A DNA stretch of 63,958 nucleotides, counting the filler, from Saprolegnia diclina VS20 (Eukaryota), in NCBI RefSeq assembly GCF_000281045.1. It is 9 parts of 3 records of this genome, joined end to end, with 100 filler letters (N's around TTAATTAATTAA, not from the genome) between each part and the next. Parts side by side here need not be neighbours in the genome. Positions count along the whole stretch, not along the records: positions 19,599 to 36,124 come from NW_008246094.1; positions 36,225 to 40,603 come from NW_008246094.1; positions 40,704 to 46,175 come from NW_008246094.1; positions 46,276 to 48,338 come from NW_008246094.1; 5 more parts are not named here. The stretch is one strand, 5' to 3'. The notes under the pieces were generated by a model. It was not told the origin of the DNA. It saw only the letters and a list, made by a program, of their open reading frames with translations, and searched no databases. Positions 35,539 to 47,098 of the stretch are shown in pieces; within the stretch, counting starts at the first letter, position 1; each line of letters opens with the position of its first letter. The position numbers were made by a program, and so were the translations under genes.

Positions 35539-36312
35539 GACCTAGGATACGAATGAATGCATATACGAAGAAGATTTTTCGTTTTGTTTTGGACAGAAGT
35601 GATGTGGCTGGGAGAATAGTGGGTTGTAGTGCACCTCGATGACACTTGAGTGGCAGGCCAGAATGGTTCCTTCCAGATGACGCAAGTGGCACGACGAAGT
35701 GCTACAGGAGCACCGACCGTCGAGAGGGTTTTCTAAGTGGAATGACCATCCAGGACCAGGACGTTGCTGGAGCCAAAACGATTTGATGCAAAAAGTAGAC
35801 AGGCATCGGGGTGGATCGTGGTTGAAATAATCGTGTTCGGAGTTGGTTGCTGAACGATGCCTTGATGGCACAGGAGAATTGCAGTACCAAAGGGAAACTT
35901 GGTAGGGACTTCGAACCCAGGTACGTGCATTAATTTTCGCTTTCTGCCAGCGACCTTAATTGAGTGACATTCGTAATTTATTCAAACTCAACCATCGCGC
36001 CGATTCGATACCTCGCAATCGTTTCGCGTCTATTTTACGCTCTTCTTTAAACAAGGATATGACCCACGAGGTCAAAAACACTGCCAACAAATTGATATAT
36101 GAATGTAGGCGTAGCATCACGACANNNNNNNNNNNNNNNNNNNNNNNNNNNNNNNNNNNNNNNNNNNNTTAATTAATTAANNNNNNNNNNNNNNNNNNNN
36201 NNNNNNNNNNNNNNNNNNNNNNNNATGCATGATACGTTCTCGTTGTGGTTTCGATACAAAACAAAAGTGTATTACGTGGCGGCTTGCAAACACGCGTGTC
36301 CGTTACAATGCT

Positions 36313-36942
36313 TTACGGGTGCGTGACGTACCACGCTTGGACCTTCGGGAGGGCTGCGACGGCGTCCGCGATCGCCTGCCAGCGCGGGTATCCGTCGCAG
36401 AGCGTCGTGGGAAGACCAACCATTTTGCCCGACTGCAAGTTCATGCGCATGACAAAGAGCTCAATATCGGCCAGCGAAAGCTTGTCGCCCAAGAGATACG
36501 GGCCCTTGGAAGCGGCGGTGACGAGCCGCGCTTCGAGGCCGGCAAACAAGGCCGGGAGCGCCTCTGCCGCGAGCTCCTTTGCAATCGCAAGCTTCTTCTC
36601 GGGGTCCGACTCGTAAAAGTACGGAAGGAGTTTGCCCGTGATGTCGTCGGACGTGGCGAGGATCTCGTCGACGCGGTACGCACCCAGCGGGTCGGACGTC
36701 GGATAGAGACCCGTGAGCGCGCCAACGTAGCGCGCCATACCATGCGACTGCGTAAAGACTTCGCCATCGACAGCGAGTGTCGGGAGCTGCTTGAACGGCA
36801 GCGTCGGCTTGAGCACCAGAAATTCTTCGTAGCTGAGGCGCTCGTCTTCGAACGAAACGTCGTTGAGGAAGAGCGCGAGGCGCGTGAGCTCGGCGCGGCC
36901 AGACGCGTCGAAGTAGGTAAGCTTAAGCGTCGGTTGGGTCAT
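36313..36942 (-). CDS. GST: Glutathione S-transferase, copy 3
   Basis: KLTYFDASGRAELTRLAL...LSLADIELF; closest to copy 1. A CACTTTCAATTTT Inr/FPR-like motif lies just upstream. Confidence 0.95.
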   Translation of the reverse strand: MTQPTLKLTYFDASGRAELTRLALFLNDVSFEDERLSYEEFLVLKPTLPFKQLPTLAVDGEVFTQSHGMARYVGALTGLYPTSDPLGAYRVDEILATSDDITGKLLPYFYESDPEKKLAIAKELAAEALPALFAGLEARLVTAASKGPYLLGDKLSLADIELFVMRMNLQSGKMVGLPTTLCDGYPRWQAIADAVAALPKVQAWYVTHP

Positions 36943-37622
36943 GGCGATGAAAATTGAAAGTGGTTTGGTGCTGCTGCGAGCTGCTTTGGGCTGCTGGTGT
37001 TGCCTTTGTACACGGTGTCCCGACGCGTAATCTATGAGCTGGTGGCGCGCTAGATTCGATCTTTGCCGCCCTTGGATTGGTCGAGACACTGCGCTGTATT
37101 CGGAATCAGCCAATCAAACGCGCTCGCGGGCGTGTGCACATCGACAAGCTAACGTGTTCGGCCGTGTTCCAGCTGCTGTCGACTTGAAGTTTGTATGCCG
37201 AAGTGCATACGCGGCGGATTGGTCTCGAGGTTGTGATGAGGTAATCGATTGTGGCAATCTCGAGCAGAGACGAATGACTTGGCACTGGCATTGATTTCAT
37301 CGTTCACGCAAATAGGATCTACAAGATGGAAGTCTCCAGTCCAAGACGGACAGGACCCAAGCTGTCGACGTAGCACCAGCGCTTTCGCAAGCAGGGGCCG
37401 TCTGTGTTGACGTCAAGAAGGGGCGCCAAAGCTTGTGCGAGTCGAAGCGGCGCTACTTGTGGCTTTTCGCAAGCCAGTGTAGTCTGAGTCGGCGGCCCAA
37501 GGTGCCAAGCGAGTGCCTCCAACTTCAACCCAAAACGCCACTTGATTGGTCCAAATTCTACCTATCGCACGCAGTCTCACGCCGGCCCCACAAGAAAGGC
37601 AGCGACGACGACGACGACGACG

Positions 37623-38261
37623 ATGGCCGTCCCGCAGACCATCAAGCTCACGTACTTCAACCTCGCGGGCCGAGCCGAGATTGCGCGCCTCGCCTTTCAC
37701 ATTGGCGACGTTGCCTTTGAGGACGAGCGCATCTCCCGCGATGCGTTCGCTGCGCTCAAGCCGTCGCTGCCATTCGGCCAGCTCCCGATCTTGACAGTCG
37801 ACGGTAAAGCCTTTGCGCAGTCGAGTGCGATCGCTCGCTTCGCCGGCGCGCGCTCAGGCCTGTACCCGACGGACCCGATCGCGGCGCTGCAGGTAGACGA
37901 GATCCTCGAGCATGCCAAAGACATATTCGACGTCCTTGTGCCCACGCTGCGAGAGCCGGACAAGGCGAAGCGGCTTGCGATGCGCCAGGAGCTAACGGAG
38001 CGCAAGGTGCAGCCCATGTGCGCCGCCTTGGAAGCGCGCGTCGCGTCGACGAAGGCGCCGATCGGGGATTTTGTGCTCGGCCACGCCCTTTCGCTCGCCG
38101 ACTTGGAGCTCTACTTGACCCGCGGCCTCTTTACGTCCGGCTGGTTCGAAGGCGTGCCCCCGACGCTTTGTGACGACCACGCCGCGTGGTCTCGAATCGC
38201 GGCAGCCGTCGCGAAGCACCCTAAAGTGCAGAGCTGGCAGCAGCGAGCCACGACAGCCTAA
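37623..38261 (+). CDS. GST: Glutathione S-transferase, copy 4
   Basis: KLTYFNLAGRAEIARLAF, PFGQLP, AQSSAIARF, LSLADL. Confidence 0.95.
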   Translation: MAVPQTIKLTYFNLAGRAEIARLAFHIGDVAFEDERISRDAFAALKPSLPFGQLPILTVDGKAFAQSSAIARFAGARSGLYPTDPIAALQVDEILEHAKDIFDVLVPTLREPDKAKRLAMRQELTERKVQPMCAALEARVASTKAPIGDFVLGHALSLADLELYLTRGLFTSGWFEGVPPTLCDDHAAWSRIAAAVAKHPKVQSWQQRATTA

Positions 38262-38593
38262 CGCCAGCATCAACACCACTTGACTCTTTGATTGTTACAT
38301 CACTCGCTCCAAATGTCTAGCGCCATGAGATGCATTGACTAAAATGCTCCGTGTCGAATACATTTGGTCTAATGTATCATTGTGCAATTGTATCTGGACG
38401 GAACTAGGTAACTGCATTGGCTGCTTGAGCCAGATACGATGGTAGCTCTGTGTACGATAGTACGAGTCGTTCGATGTGCGCGATGAGCTCGGTGCGCTTC
38501 CGTTTGCGTCCGCCGACGACGGAACGACCAGCTGACCGCCTAGCTTCGATATTTGGTATCTTTTCCTTTGACTCAGGAAACAATTACAGCGCC

Positions 38594-39217
38594 ATGACGT
38601 ACCCGACCTTGAAAGTGACGTACCTCGACAGCTTTGGCCGTGCCGAGCTCACGCGCCTCGCGCTTCATGTCGCTGGCATTCCTTTCGAAGACGAGCGCTT
38701 GAGCTGGGCGTCGTTCGTCGCGCTCCAGCCGTCGCTGCCGTTCCATCAGATCCCGACGCTCACGATCAACGGCGAAGTGCTCGCGCAATCTTTTACCATG
38801 GCGCGCTACGTGGGGCGCCTCGGTGGCTTGTACCCAACGGACCGGCTCGCGGCGTTTCGCGTGGACGAGGTCCTCGCTGCGTGCCTCGACCTCGTCGACC
38901 TTTTCATGCCGTCGTTCAAAGAGCCCGACAACGCCAAACGACTCGCCATGCGCGCGGCACTGAGCCAAGCGACGCTACCGACACTCCTCGCGTGCATTGA
39001 AGCGCGGCTGCCTTTGTCGGGCACGTACTTTCTCGGCGACGACCTCTCGATCGCCGACCTGGAGCTCTACTGCTCGCGCGTCTTCTTGACGCAAGGGTAC
39101 CTCGACGGCATCCCACCTTCGATCATTACGCCGTACGGTCGTTGGAACGCCATTGCAGACGCCGTGGGTGCCCACCCCAAGATCGAGGCGTGGGTGGTCG
39201 CGCACAAAAAGAAGTAA
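38594..39217 (+). CDS. GST: Glutathione S-transferase, copy 5
   Basis: KVTYLDSFGRAELTRLAL, PFHQIP, AQSFTMARY, LSIADL. Confidence 0.95.
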   Translation: MTYPTLKVTYLDSFGRAELTRLALHVAGIPFEDERLSWASFVALQPSLPFHQIPTLTINGEVLAQSFTMARYVGRLGGLYPTDRLAAFRVDEVLAACLDLVDLFMPSFKEPDNAKRLAMRAALSQATLPTLLACIEARLPLSGTYFLGDDLSIADLELYCSRVFLTQGYLDGIPPSIITPYGRWNAIADAVGAHPKIEAWVVAHKKK

Positions 39218-40508
39218 ACGCTAGGGGGTTGCACGCGTTTATAAACCAAACACTAAAACAAAAGTTGGTGACTGGCACTCTGCGCACCCTAGATGGAACG
39301 ACAAATTNNNNNNNNNNNNNNNNNNNNNNNNNNNNNNNNNNNNNNNNNNNNNNNNNNNNNNNNNNNNNNNNNNNNNNNNNNNNNNNNNNNNNNNNNNNNN
39401 NNNNNNNNNNNNNNNNNNNNNNNNNNNNNNNNNNNNNNNNNNNNNNNNNNNNNNNNNNNGCCACAGTGCGATACGCGTTCCCAGTCGATACGCGTTCCCA
39501 GACAGTATGGTGTACCATAGTCAACTCCAGCTAGAAGAAGTTAGGTGTAGCTAGAATCTCGGCATTCTTGTCAACGACGATGGCGACGATGGTTGTGCCC
39601 CTCTCAAAGAGTCTAGCTGCTGGAACCGGCGACAAAGTGGGCGATCGCGATGATAATTGCTCTTCGTTGTATCTGCATTTCCTCCCGCTTGGATTATTGT
39701 CGCTGTCGATGCGATGCAGTGAGCTTGAGCCTACCTCTTTGGCACTCTACCAAAAATGCATGAAATTCCGACCATGCAGCGGCTAAATGTATTGAATTCC
39801 GTGTCCGGGGTTCGATGTGATGACCAAATATTTTGATATACTTTCAACAATTCGAAACACGAAAAAGGCACCTAACAGCAATCCATCGATCGTGATCAAC
39901 ACTTTAGTCGCTCGTCGGCCAATGTGCTCATACCAACAGGGTGTCTGTCCTTTTTTGCTCCTAAACGAAATACTTTCTTTTGCAGGAAACGAGACTCGTC
40001 GCATTGCACCTCATTGTAAGCCAGGGCGACGCCTACGCTATGGGGCGCAACAAAACAAAAAAGTGCTACGGGGCCTGGGTTCGATGCCACGACCAAATTT
40101 CCAATTGGTACAGACAATAGATGAATTCAGCAAGGCACTGTGCAGCAATATTCCACCAACTGCCTCATGGTCCAATCAGTGTCTGTGCTTCTTTTTGCAA
40201 CCGTTCATGTTCGACAGCAAAGCTGGAAGGCTGGTCGAAACCTCTCGTCCAACTGAATTTTACCAAAAGGCCCGTCGGTCCTTTTGATCATCTTCCTTCT
40301 CAGCGCATCACATCCCTAACGACAATATCCGAATTGATGGTTTCTTATCTTGCCACGACGAACTCGGTTCACAAGTCCTGGTCACAAGTCTTGGTACCAA
40401 ATAATATTTTTGCTTGGGTCGCAATGGCTTCAAATTGGATACAACAGTATAGCTGATAGTACAGAGTATTTTGTTGCAGCGTTGTTGCAGCAGTGGAGTC
40501 GAACCACC

Positions 40509-40603
40509 ATGCATGATACGTTCTCGTTGTGGTTTCGATACAAAACAAAAGTGTATTACGTGGCGGCTTGCAAACACGCGTGTCCGTTACAATGCTTTAC
40601 GGG
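40509..40603 (+). repeat. Exact 95-bp copy of 36225-36319
   Basis: The piece between two linkers begins and ends with the identical ATGCATGATACG...CTTTACGGG. Confidence 0.95.
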
Positions 40604-41012
40604 NNNNNNNNNNNNNNNNNNNNNNNNNNNNNNNNNNNNNNNNNNNNTTAATTAATTAANNNNNNNNNNNNNNNNNNNNNNNNNNNNNNNNNNNNNNNNN
40701 NNNAACCTCAACAGGCAGCTCGCCTGCACCCATGCGAGGGCCGTACTCTTAGACCAGCCAGGGACATTCCCTTAAATCAAACCTAGGGACGTTGTACGAC
40801 CGAGTGCTCTCCGTTTACAAAGCTGCTACCCGCTACCAATGTCGTGCTGAGAGTAGTGTGCCTCGAGACATCTTGCGCACAGCATATCTACACTGGTCTT
40901 CTGGCCCAAGCATTCTCGGTTGTGTACTACATGTGCGAATTCCAGTGCTGTATCCGGTTTCATCCGGATGATAAAGGCCCTGGAATGGTCATCACTCCAG
41001 TCGCATTTCGGC

Positions 41013-42194
41013 ATGCCGAGCATCTCGCCGAGCGCCAAGAGTGGTGACGGCAACAGCAAGCCGATGCGCAAGACCAAGTGCCGCAACGCGTACCAGCGTG
41101 AGATGCAGCGCATCTACCGCAAGGCCGAGGCCGACGAGCGCCAGCGGCTGCGGGATCAGGCGGCGGTGCTCGAGGCCAAGGTCGCTGTCCTGCGACCCGC
41201 CGCAAGCACGCTCCTGCCGTGGCAGCACGTCGCGATCAGTCTGCGCGACGAGCTCGATGCTAGCCACACGACACACGCCGATCTGCGCCGGCGAGTACGG
41301 CGGATCAATCTCTTGGCCCACCTCATGCACGCGTATGCGTCGTCCGTGCTCGCGTCGTCGGTAGGTCATCAGTGGCTTCGTGCGCTAACGCTCTATTGTA
41401 GACGCTTCTGCGTGGCCGCACCGAGACGTGGCAGCACGTCTCGCTGCCGGCTGCGATGCCCGCCCGCGCGCTCGGGCTCGACTGGATCACGCGCCAGCTC
41501 TACTACAACACGGACGCTGTCCTGTCGCAGCATGCGTTTCCACCGTGCACGACTCGCGAGGGCCAAACCTTCTTTGACATTGCCGTCTCGGACACGGACG
41601 CGACCGTGGTCATTCGACACCAGCGGCTCGTGGCGCGGCCACTGGCCGTCCTCACGGCGGCGTACCATGAGTTCTTTATTGGCGGCAACGGCTTTGGCTA
41701 TGCGATCGAAGATCTGGACACGCTCCCGGCCACAGAAAACATGGTGTACCGACGGCGCAACGTGGGGAACCGTGTGCTTGGGGACTTGGTCCAAAACTAC
41801 GTCCACCGCCAGTTTACTGCACCGACCCGGTCCGTGCTCGTGGCGCGCAATATTCTTTCGGACGACAAGGTGCCCCTCGGCCTCTACAAGCGCGACGCCT
41901 CTGGCTGGTAGGCGATTTCACGCAGGGTGCGTGAGCTCAATGATGCTGCGTAGGGTCGTTGCGACCGCGATGGGTGCTGACACGACGCTCGTACAAGAAG
42001 TGTGGAGCATCTGCCCGCTGCTCAAAGGCGCTTCGAACGACGTTGCGCCGTTTGCCGACGAAGCATGTCTGTATGGCCTCGATTTGCGCACGCTCCCGCC
42101 TGCGCTGCACTTTAGCGCGCTCCAGCAAGCCGTCCACCGCCTTGGGCAAAGCGTGCTCGCAAAGCGGGCCCAGTTCTTCGACACGGTTCGATGA
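41013..42194 (+). CDS. bZIP-like family protein with an uncharacterised C-terminal domain
   Basis: KCRNAYQREMQRIYRK...LRDQAAVLE...LPWQHVAISL. Introns at 41361-41401 and ~41908-41953. Exon 2 contains LGLDWITRQLYYNTD. Confidence 0.8.
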   Translation: MPSISPSAKSGDGNSKPMRKTKCRNAYQREMQRIYRKAEADERQRLRDQAAVLEAKVAVLRPAASTLLPWQHVAISLRDELDASHTTHADLRRRVRRINLLAHLMHAYASSVLASSVGHQWLRALTLYCRRFCVAAPRRGSTSRCRLRCPPARSGSTGSRASSTTTRTLSCRSMRFHRARLARAKPSLTLPSRTRTRPWSFDTSGSWRGHWPSSRRRTMSSLLAATALAMRSKIWTRSRPQKTWCTDGATWGTVCLGTWSKTTSTASLLHRPGPCSWRAIFFRTTRCPSASTSATPLAGRRFHAGCVSSMMLRRVVATAMGADTTLVQEVWSICPLLKGASNDVAPFADEACLYGLDLRTLPPALHFSALQQAVHRLGQSVLAKRAQFFDTVR

Positions 42195-42773
42195 CAGTAA
42201 TAGAGGCTACTACAGTACATGCGTGGCGATGGCTTGGTGCTTGAACTTGCACCTGAGCGGGCATAACCGTTGGGTGGGGGTGCGAGGTTGGTGCCTGCCG
42301 ATCCTCGCGCGTCACGACGGTGTCGATTCGTTTCAACGGCGCGGATGACTACAGTTGTGGCAAGGGATCTGCTGGGCGACACCGCCACCACCACGAGCCT
42401 TGATCCAAAGGCATTGGTGGACGGGGCAATACGGTACCTGGCGGCAGCTTGGGTGCCTCGGACGCATGGGCTGTCGCCGCCACTCGTTTTTCGCGCGCGA
42501 CATGGCTGGCTACTGCTGCGACGGTCTCGCAAAAGCTCCGTACAAGATACTAAACTGGTAGCCGTGGTGCGAGACGCCGTGATTGCTCATTCATACGGCC
42601 ACTTGTCAATTCTTTGCTGGCGAGAGGAGAACTCGACTACAATGTATGTCAATGGGACTGATTCACTGTACTTGATGCCTTTTGCGTCGACCTGAAGTGT
42701 GTCGTCTCGGCCCTCCGGAGCGATTCAAACAAACAAGACGTAGACACTGTACGAGGTAAATTAACAGGGTAAA

Positions 42774-43853
42774 TTAGAAAGACTGGGCAAACGCGTGGCG
42801 CGCCTGTACAAACGCTTGCGGGCTCCGTACGACGTCGTGACGAACGACCCACACCTCTTGAACGACGGTCGTTGAAGCGTCCAGCGCCGTGGCGACGATC
42901 CTACGCAGCCACATTAGCGTCTGCAGCCATGCGTCCAATGACGAGCGTACCAGCCTCGAATGTGCTCGTGTGGCGTGCTCGCGACAACCAGCGTCGTCTG
43001 ATTTCGGTCGGCGAATGCGCGCGTCACAAAGGCATGCGCGCCGAGCCCAAAGTCCCAATGCCGGTGCGAAGAAGACGCCGGCAACGGAAGAGGATCGGCG
43101 TCGGTGCTTTCTTCTTTGAGACGCTATGGACGACGATCGAACAAAGTGAGTCGAGATTTTCTTCAAGAAAGAGGCGTGTACCATGGTGGCATCATCCAAA
43201 AGCGTCTCGCGTGTAGCACTGCACCCAGACGTCGTGATACGATCCTGAAGAGGATCGGTCACTTCAAGAAGGGGCTCGGGCAAGAACTGGCGGCCGTACG
43301 CAGCCGCGACGGTGTCGAGGTCCACTGGTACATGCATCTCGAGACGGGCAAAGACGTCGTCTTGGCCTTGGACGACCGACCGCGTGTTCATATACATGCG
43401 CTGGGTGATCCACTCGAGGCTCAAGTGGCGTGCCTGCGGCTCGTCTGGCAACGGCGAGGTCTACATGATAATAATGATACATGCAGGCAAGGAGGCAGAG
43501 AAAATGGGACGTACGCTGTGGACAAAGGAGGCCATGGCGTCGCAGAGCGCGCGCTGGTGTGCGACTTGGTGCAGGAGGGCGGCGTGCTCTTCGTGGGCGG
43601 CGTGGGTTTCTTCGGCGAGCGCGACGGCCGTGTCTTGCCACGACACCATTTGAAGCGCCTTTTGCAGTGTGACGTAGGCCTCGAGCATTGCGGCCGAGTG
43701 CCGGAGACTCCGGCGCTCGTCGGCTTCGTTGCGGCGGTAGATGCGCTGCATCTTGCGCTGGTATTCGTTGCGGCATTTCGGAGCCGCTTTCATGCGCTTC
43801 GTCGAGTGGGGAACCGGCGAAAGTGACAAAGATGCTTTTGTCGTGTGCGTCAT
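42774..43853 (-). CDS. bZIP-like family protein, paralog convergent with 41013
   Basis: KCRNEYQRKMQRIYRR...VSWQDTAVAL, intron, LSLEWITQRMYMNT, and a last exon IVATALDASTTVVQEVW homologous to the paralog. Confidence 0.75.
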
Positions 43854-43860
43854 GCTCGGC

Positions 43861-43875
43861 AAATTGGAAAGTGCA
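43861..43875 (-). promoter_or_regulatory. Inr+FPR core promoter
   Basis: Reverse strand TGCACTTTCCAATTT fits the oomycete CAYTYYNCAWTTT consensus, just upstream of the ATG at 43853. Confidence 0.6.
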
Positions 43876-44859
43876 ATCTCAAAGGGGTACACAAATCTAA
43901 TTTTTTTATTTCGTATTATTTTTTTAGCGCCGTTGTGATATGCGTTGGCGCCGGCCGCGGTGGGTGAGACACGAACTCGTAACGCGCCGACAGCCCCGCG
44001 TCGGCGTTCTTCAAGCCCTACTCTTCGTGAAGCGGTACAGTGTAGTGGCGACCGTAGTAGCTTTGGCGGAGATATTCCAGGCAGGTCGGCGGCTACTGAA
44101 AAGAGAGTGTCTTTCCCACAGTCGTAGCAGACTAGCCCAACGGCCGTTCTCGCAAGGACTACGACAACGACGTCGTACGCCGATGAGTCGATAGCCCCAC
44201 CAAAAAACACTGCCTGTTGAGACGCAACGTATGGTGAAGACAGGGCTGCGGACAGCATGGACTTGGAAAGCGGGTGCGAACACACATTGGCCGCTCGGTC
44301 TGCACAGGTCCAGATGGAGGCCCTGGGTCAGAAACACACGCCTCAACAGCCTGTGTAGCAACCTCGGGGCGATGCAACAACAAAAGAAAAAATCCAAGTG
44401 GATACAGTCGTGTGAGCACGAGTAGCCACATGTTGAAGGTACGTTTTGGGGTCAACCGATCATTCCCAAATGGGACACGTGCTGATGACGACCGCACGCA
44501 GAGGCGGCGAGCATGTCCGAGCAATCAGAGCCAGTGCCGATCGCATCAGCGTGATGCGATTGGTAAAAGAGCCGCAGCGGGCTTGGACGTCACGTGGCAC
44601 GAAGGAAGCGAGCGACGACGAAGGAGCGACCGATCAAAGTGTGTTACTGCTACCACACAAGTAGCCGCCAAATAGTGCACTGTACGCGCGACATGCAGTG
44701 CGGGCAATCGAGCGAATACTAAACGCATCTTGACTGCAGACCTGAGGCACTGGGCAGCCCACTGACCACTGCAGACTACGGGCCAAGTCCCACTGTGCAC
44801 GAGTAATAGGGAAGCGATGGGCACTGGACTTGGTCACGCTTGCGATGGATATCTGAAAA

Positions 44860-46030
44860 AGGTGGCACGTGGGAATGGCCAATATTAATTTCTTTGTCAG
44901 CGTGGGAAATCCCGTGTACAACACAATTGCCACCGTGCTTCTAACGGTGAAAAAGGTGGTGTAAATACTCAAGGTGGAAACAAGAATCATCAAGCGGACG
45001 TAAGATCGCGTGGGTGCTCGTGTCGAGGATGGGTCGACCACCTGGGTGGCGACGAGCACATGTGTTGCGAGTCGTATGTGAGTTATCTTTTCCCATCTTT
45101 CTGCAAATCGCAATTACTATACTGAAGGCGGGATTGTACATGAGCAGGAGATGTCGTCCATGTCAGCAGACACACCGCGGCGCATGCTGCCGTGTGCTGC
45201 CGAGAAGCCAAACCACCCGTGTATCGCAGAAGATCTGGGACGACCTGAACACCGTGGGACGCAAAATGCGGGAAGATGTGCATGTTCTTTTTCGACTTTG
45301 GCATGTTGAGCGTGATGCGAGATTCTATCGCTGCACCAAAACCGCTGGATTTCTCACGGGATGTTCTTGTATGCTTGATGCAGCGCAGATGGCCAGATGC
45401 GGTCGCAAACATCACGAGCTGCACGAAGCGTATCGATGAAACTTGCCAATCGCGCGCCAAATAGATACTTTTCGGATTGGTAGCAGAGTCTCTTCGTCCG
45501 AGACTCGGGTTGCAGGCAGCTGTACGGCGCGTCTGATCATTTGAAAAAGCGAAAAGCAAGCGACGGTCGAGTCTCTACCATATGTCAAAATGTGCATATC
45601 CCTGGTTGATCTCGATGAATATACGCATGGTCTTCTCCATTGTCTGTCCAGTGAAAGGATGGTCTTCGGCAGCTACAGAGAAAAAAAGTTACAAGCGAAA
45701 AGAATTTTATCGCATATCGATACAGAGTCCCCTATCGCAGCAGCGATTTCTGTCGAGGTCAAATGCACGTGTGGCTGCGTTTCGCTCCGCGACAAGATAC
45801 CAAGCGGGAATACCCTTCCCTTTCATCGTCACCGAGGGAATCTCAAAGCAAGGAATATGACGAGAGGAGAAATTGGAGCGGCTTTAATGCGGCGACTAGA
45901 CTGTGCCGACTGCCAACTCGATTACGATTCTCTCCAAGAGCTGCAACCTCGCTGTGCGATACCGCTGCCAAGACGTTGTACACTCTTTAAAATCGCGTGC
46001 AGCCCACTTGCGGATCGGGTTGATGTTGAC
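44860..46030 (+). pseudogene. Heavily decayed hAT-like transposase
   Basis: Fragments occur in the expected order across stops and frameshifts: KVETRIIKRT*DRVG..EDG.TT/GGDEH, MSADT, WDDLNTVGRKM, GRCAC/FDFGM, IPLPRRCTLFKIACSPLADR (cf. DGWT, GDNC, GCASHRFNL, PTSN..ERLFS). Confidence 0.45.
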
Positions 46031-46275
46031 GTTGGAAATTGAGTGATGAGATGTGCTGGCCCACGTACGATGCTTGACGGAAAACGTGCCTGCCAACAAC
46101 AGCGCAAACTTTTCAACTGATCTTCTTCGTAGCATGTCTAGTTGCTGAGTAATAGAAGCTGGAAGACGGACCATTNNNNNNNNNNNNNNNNNNNNNNNNN
46201 NNNNNNNNNNNNNNNNNNNTTAATTAATTAANNNNNNNNNNNNNNNNNNNNNNNNNNNNNNNNNNNNNNNNNNNN

Positions 46276-46440
46276 ATTGCAGACGAGCTCCGCACCGACA
46301 TTGACCGTCTCCAAGAAGACAATGTGACCCTTCACAGTGTACTGCAAAATCAGCAGCAAATGATCTTGGACTTGCTCGCGCGACGAACGATTGAGAGCGC
46401 GATGGGCCGTGGCCTGAACGAGTTAATCTATAGATATTAA
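46276..46440 (+). CDS. 3' end of a coiled-coil protein gene cut by a linker
   Basis: IADELRTDIDRLQEDNVTLHSVLQNQQQMILDLL...YRY*, open from the contig edge. Confidence 0.45.
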   Translation: MADELRTDIDRLQEDNVTLHSVLQNQQQMILDLLARRTIESAMGRGLNELIYRY

Positions 46441-47098
46441 TCTTTGCAACGACGTTCGTGGATTGTCAGGTAGCGACACTCTACCGTAAGAGTCAAAAGA
46501 GTGGCCGGAAAAACGATGGTCGCATTCGGGTTTGTGGTAACCCACTGGTGGTAACCATAGGATACGCAGCTCCCCACCTGAGAAAGGGCCACAGGTACGA
46601 AGCGTCGGACACAGCTGGCGCGGGATGCCACCATGCGCTGCGTACCGCGGAGGGCTTCAAGTTGGCTAGTAAATACCGCAGCAACGTTCCGCGTGTTTGG
46701 ATTCTACCTGCGGCAATGACCGCACTGCTCTTGTGCCAACTCGACATGTACAACGGGGTCAGAGTTGAGGTGGCTCGATTCGACGGAACTCTCGGGACGC
46801 CGTCGCCTACGATTTACGTGCAACGACCCACCGTCGACTTTGCACCGTAGTAGTCGTCGCAGCGCAAACGGCATTCCTCGCCATATACATGCGGCTAGTT
46901 CCGAGCTTTTTCGAAGCGATTTCCTCGGGCGTCGCAATCGTCCCACAACGTGTTGGCGCGTCACGACATAATTTACGTTTGAATCACGAAATTTTCCAAA
47001 ATGCCCGCCCCAGGGGTTGCGAAACCGACCGCTTGAAACCCCCATAGGGCGTGGCGACCCAACGCCAACTTGACAAAAACCAATTGAGAGGCGACCGC

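Noticed and set aside
35733..35930. DDE_1 transposase from the VLVLDGHST motif
   Set aside because: It is a single short motif, and the region aligns better with the degenerate repeat at 40074.
37602..37623. (GAC)n microsatellite before GST copy 4
   Set aside because: It is a short simple repeat common in this GC-rich genome, with no evidence of function.
39530..40004. Crinkler-like pseudogene on the minus strand (ITSNPGHG)
   Set aside because: There is no LFLAK/HVLV motif, and the coding signal here appears to be on the plus strand.
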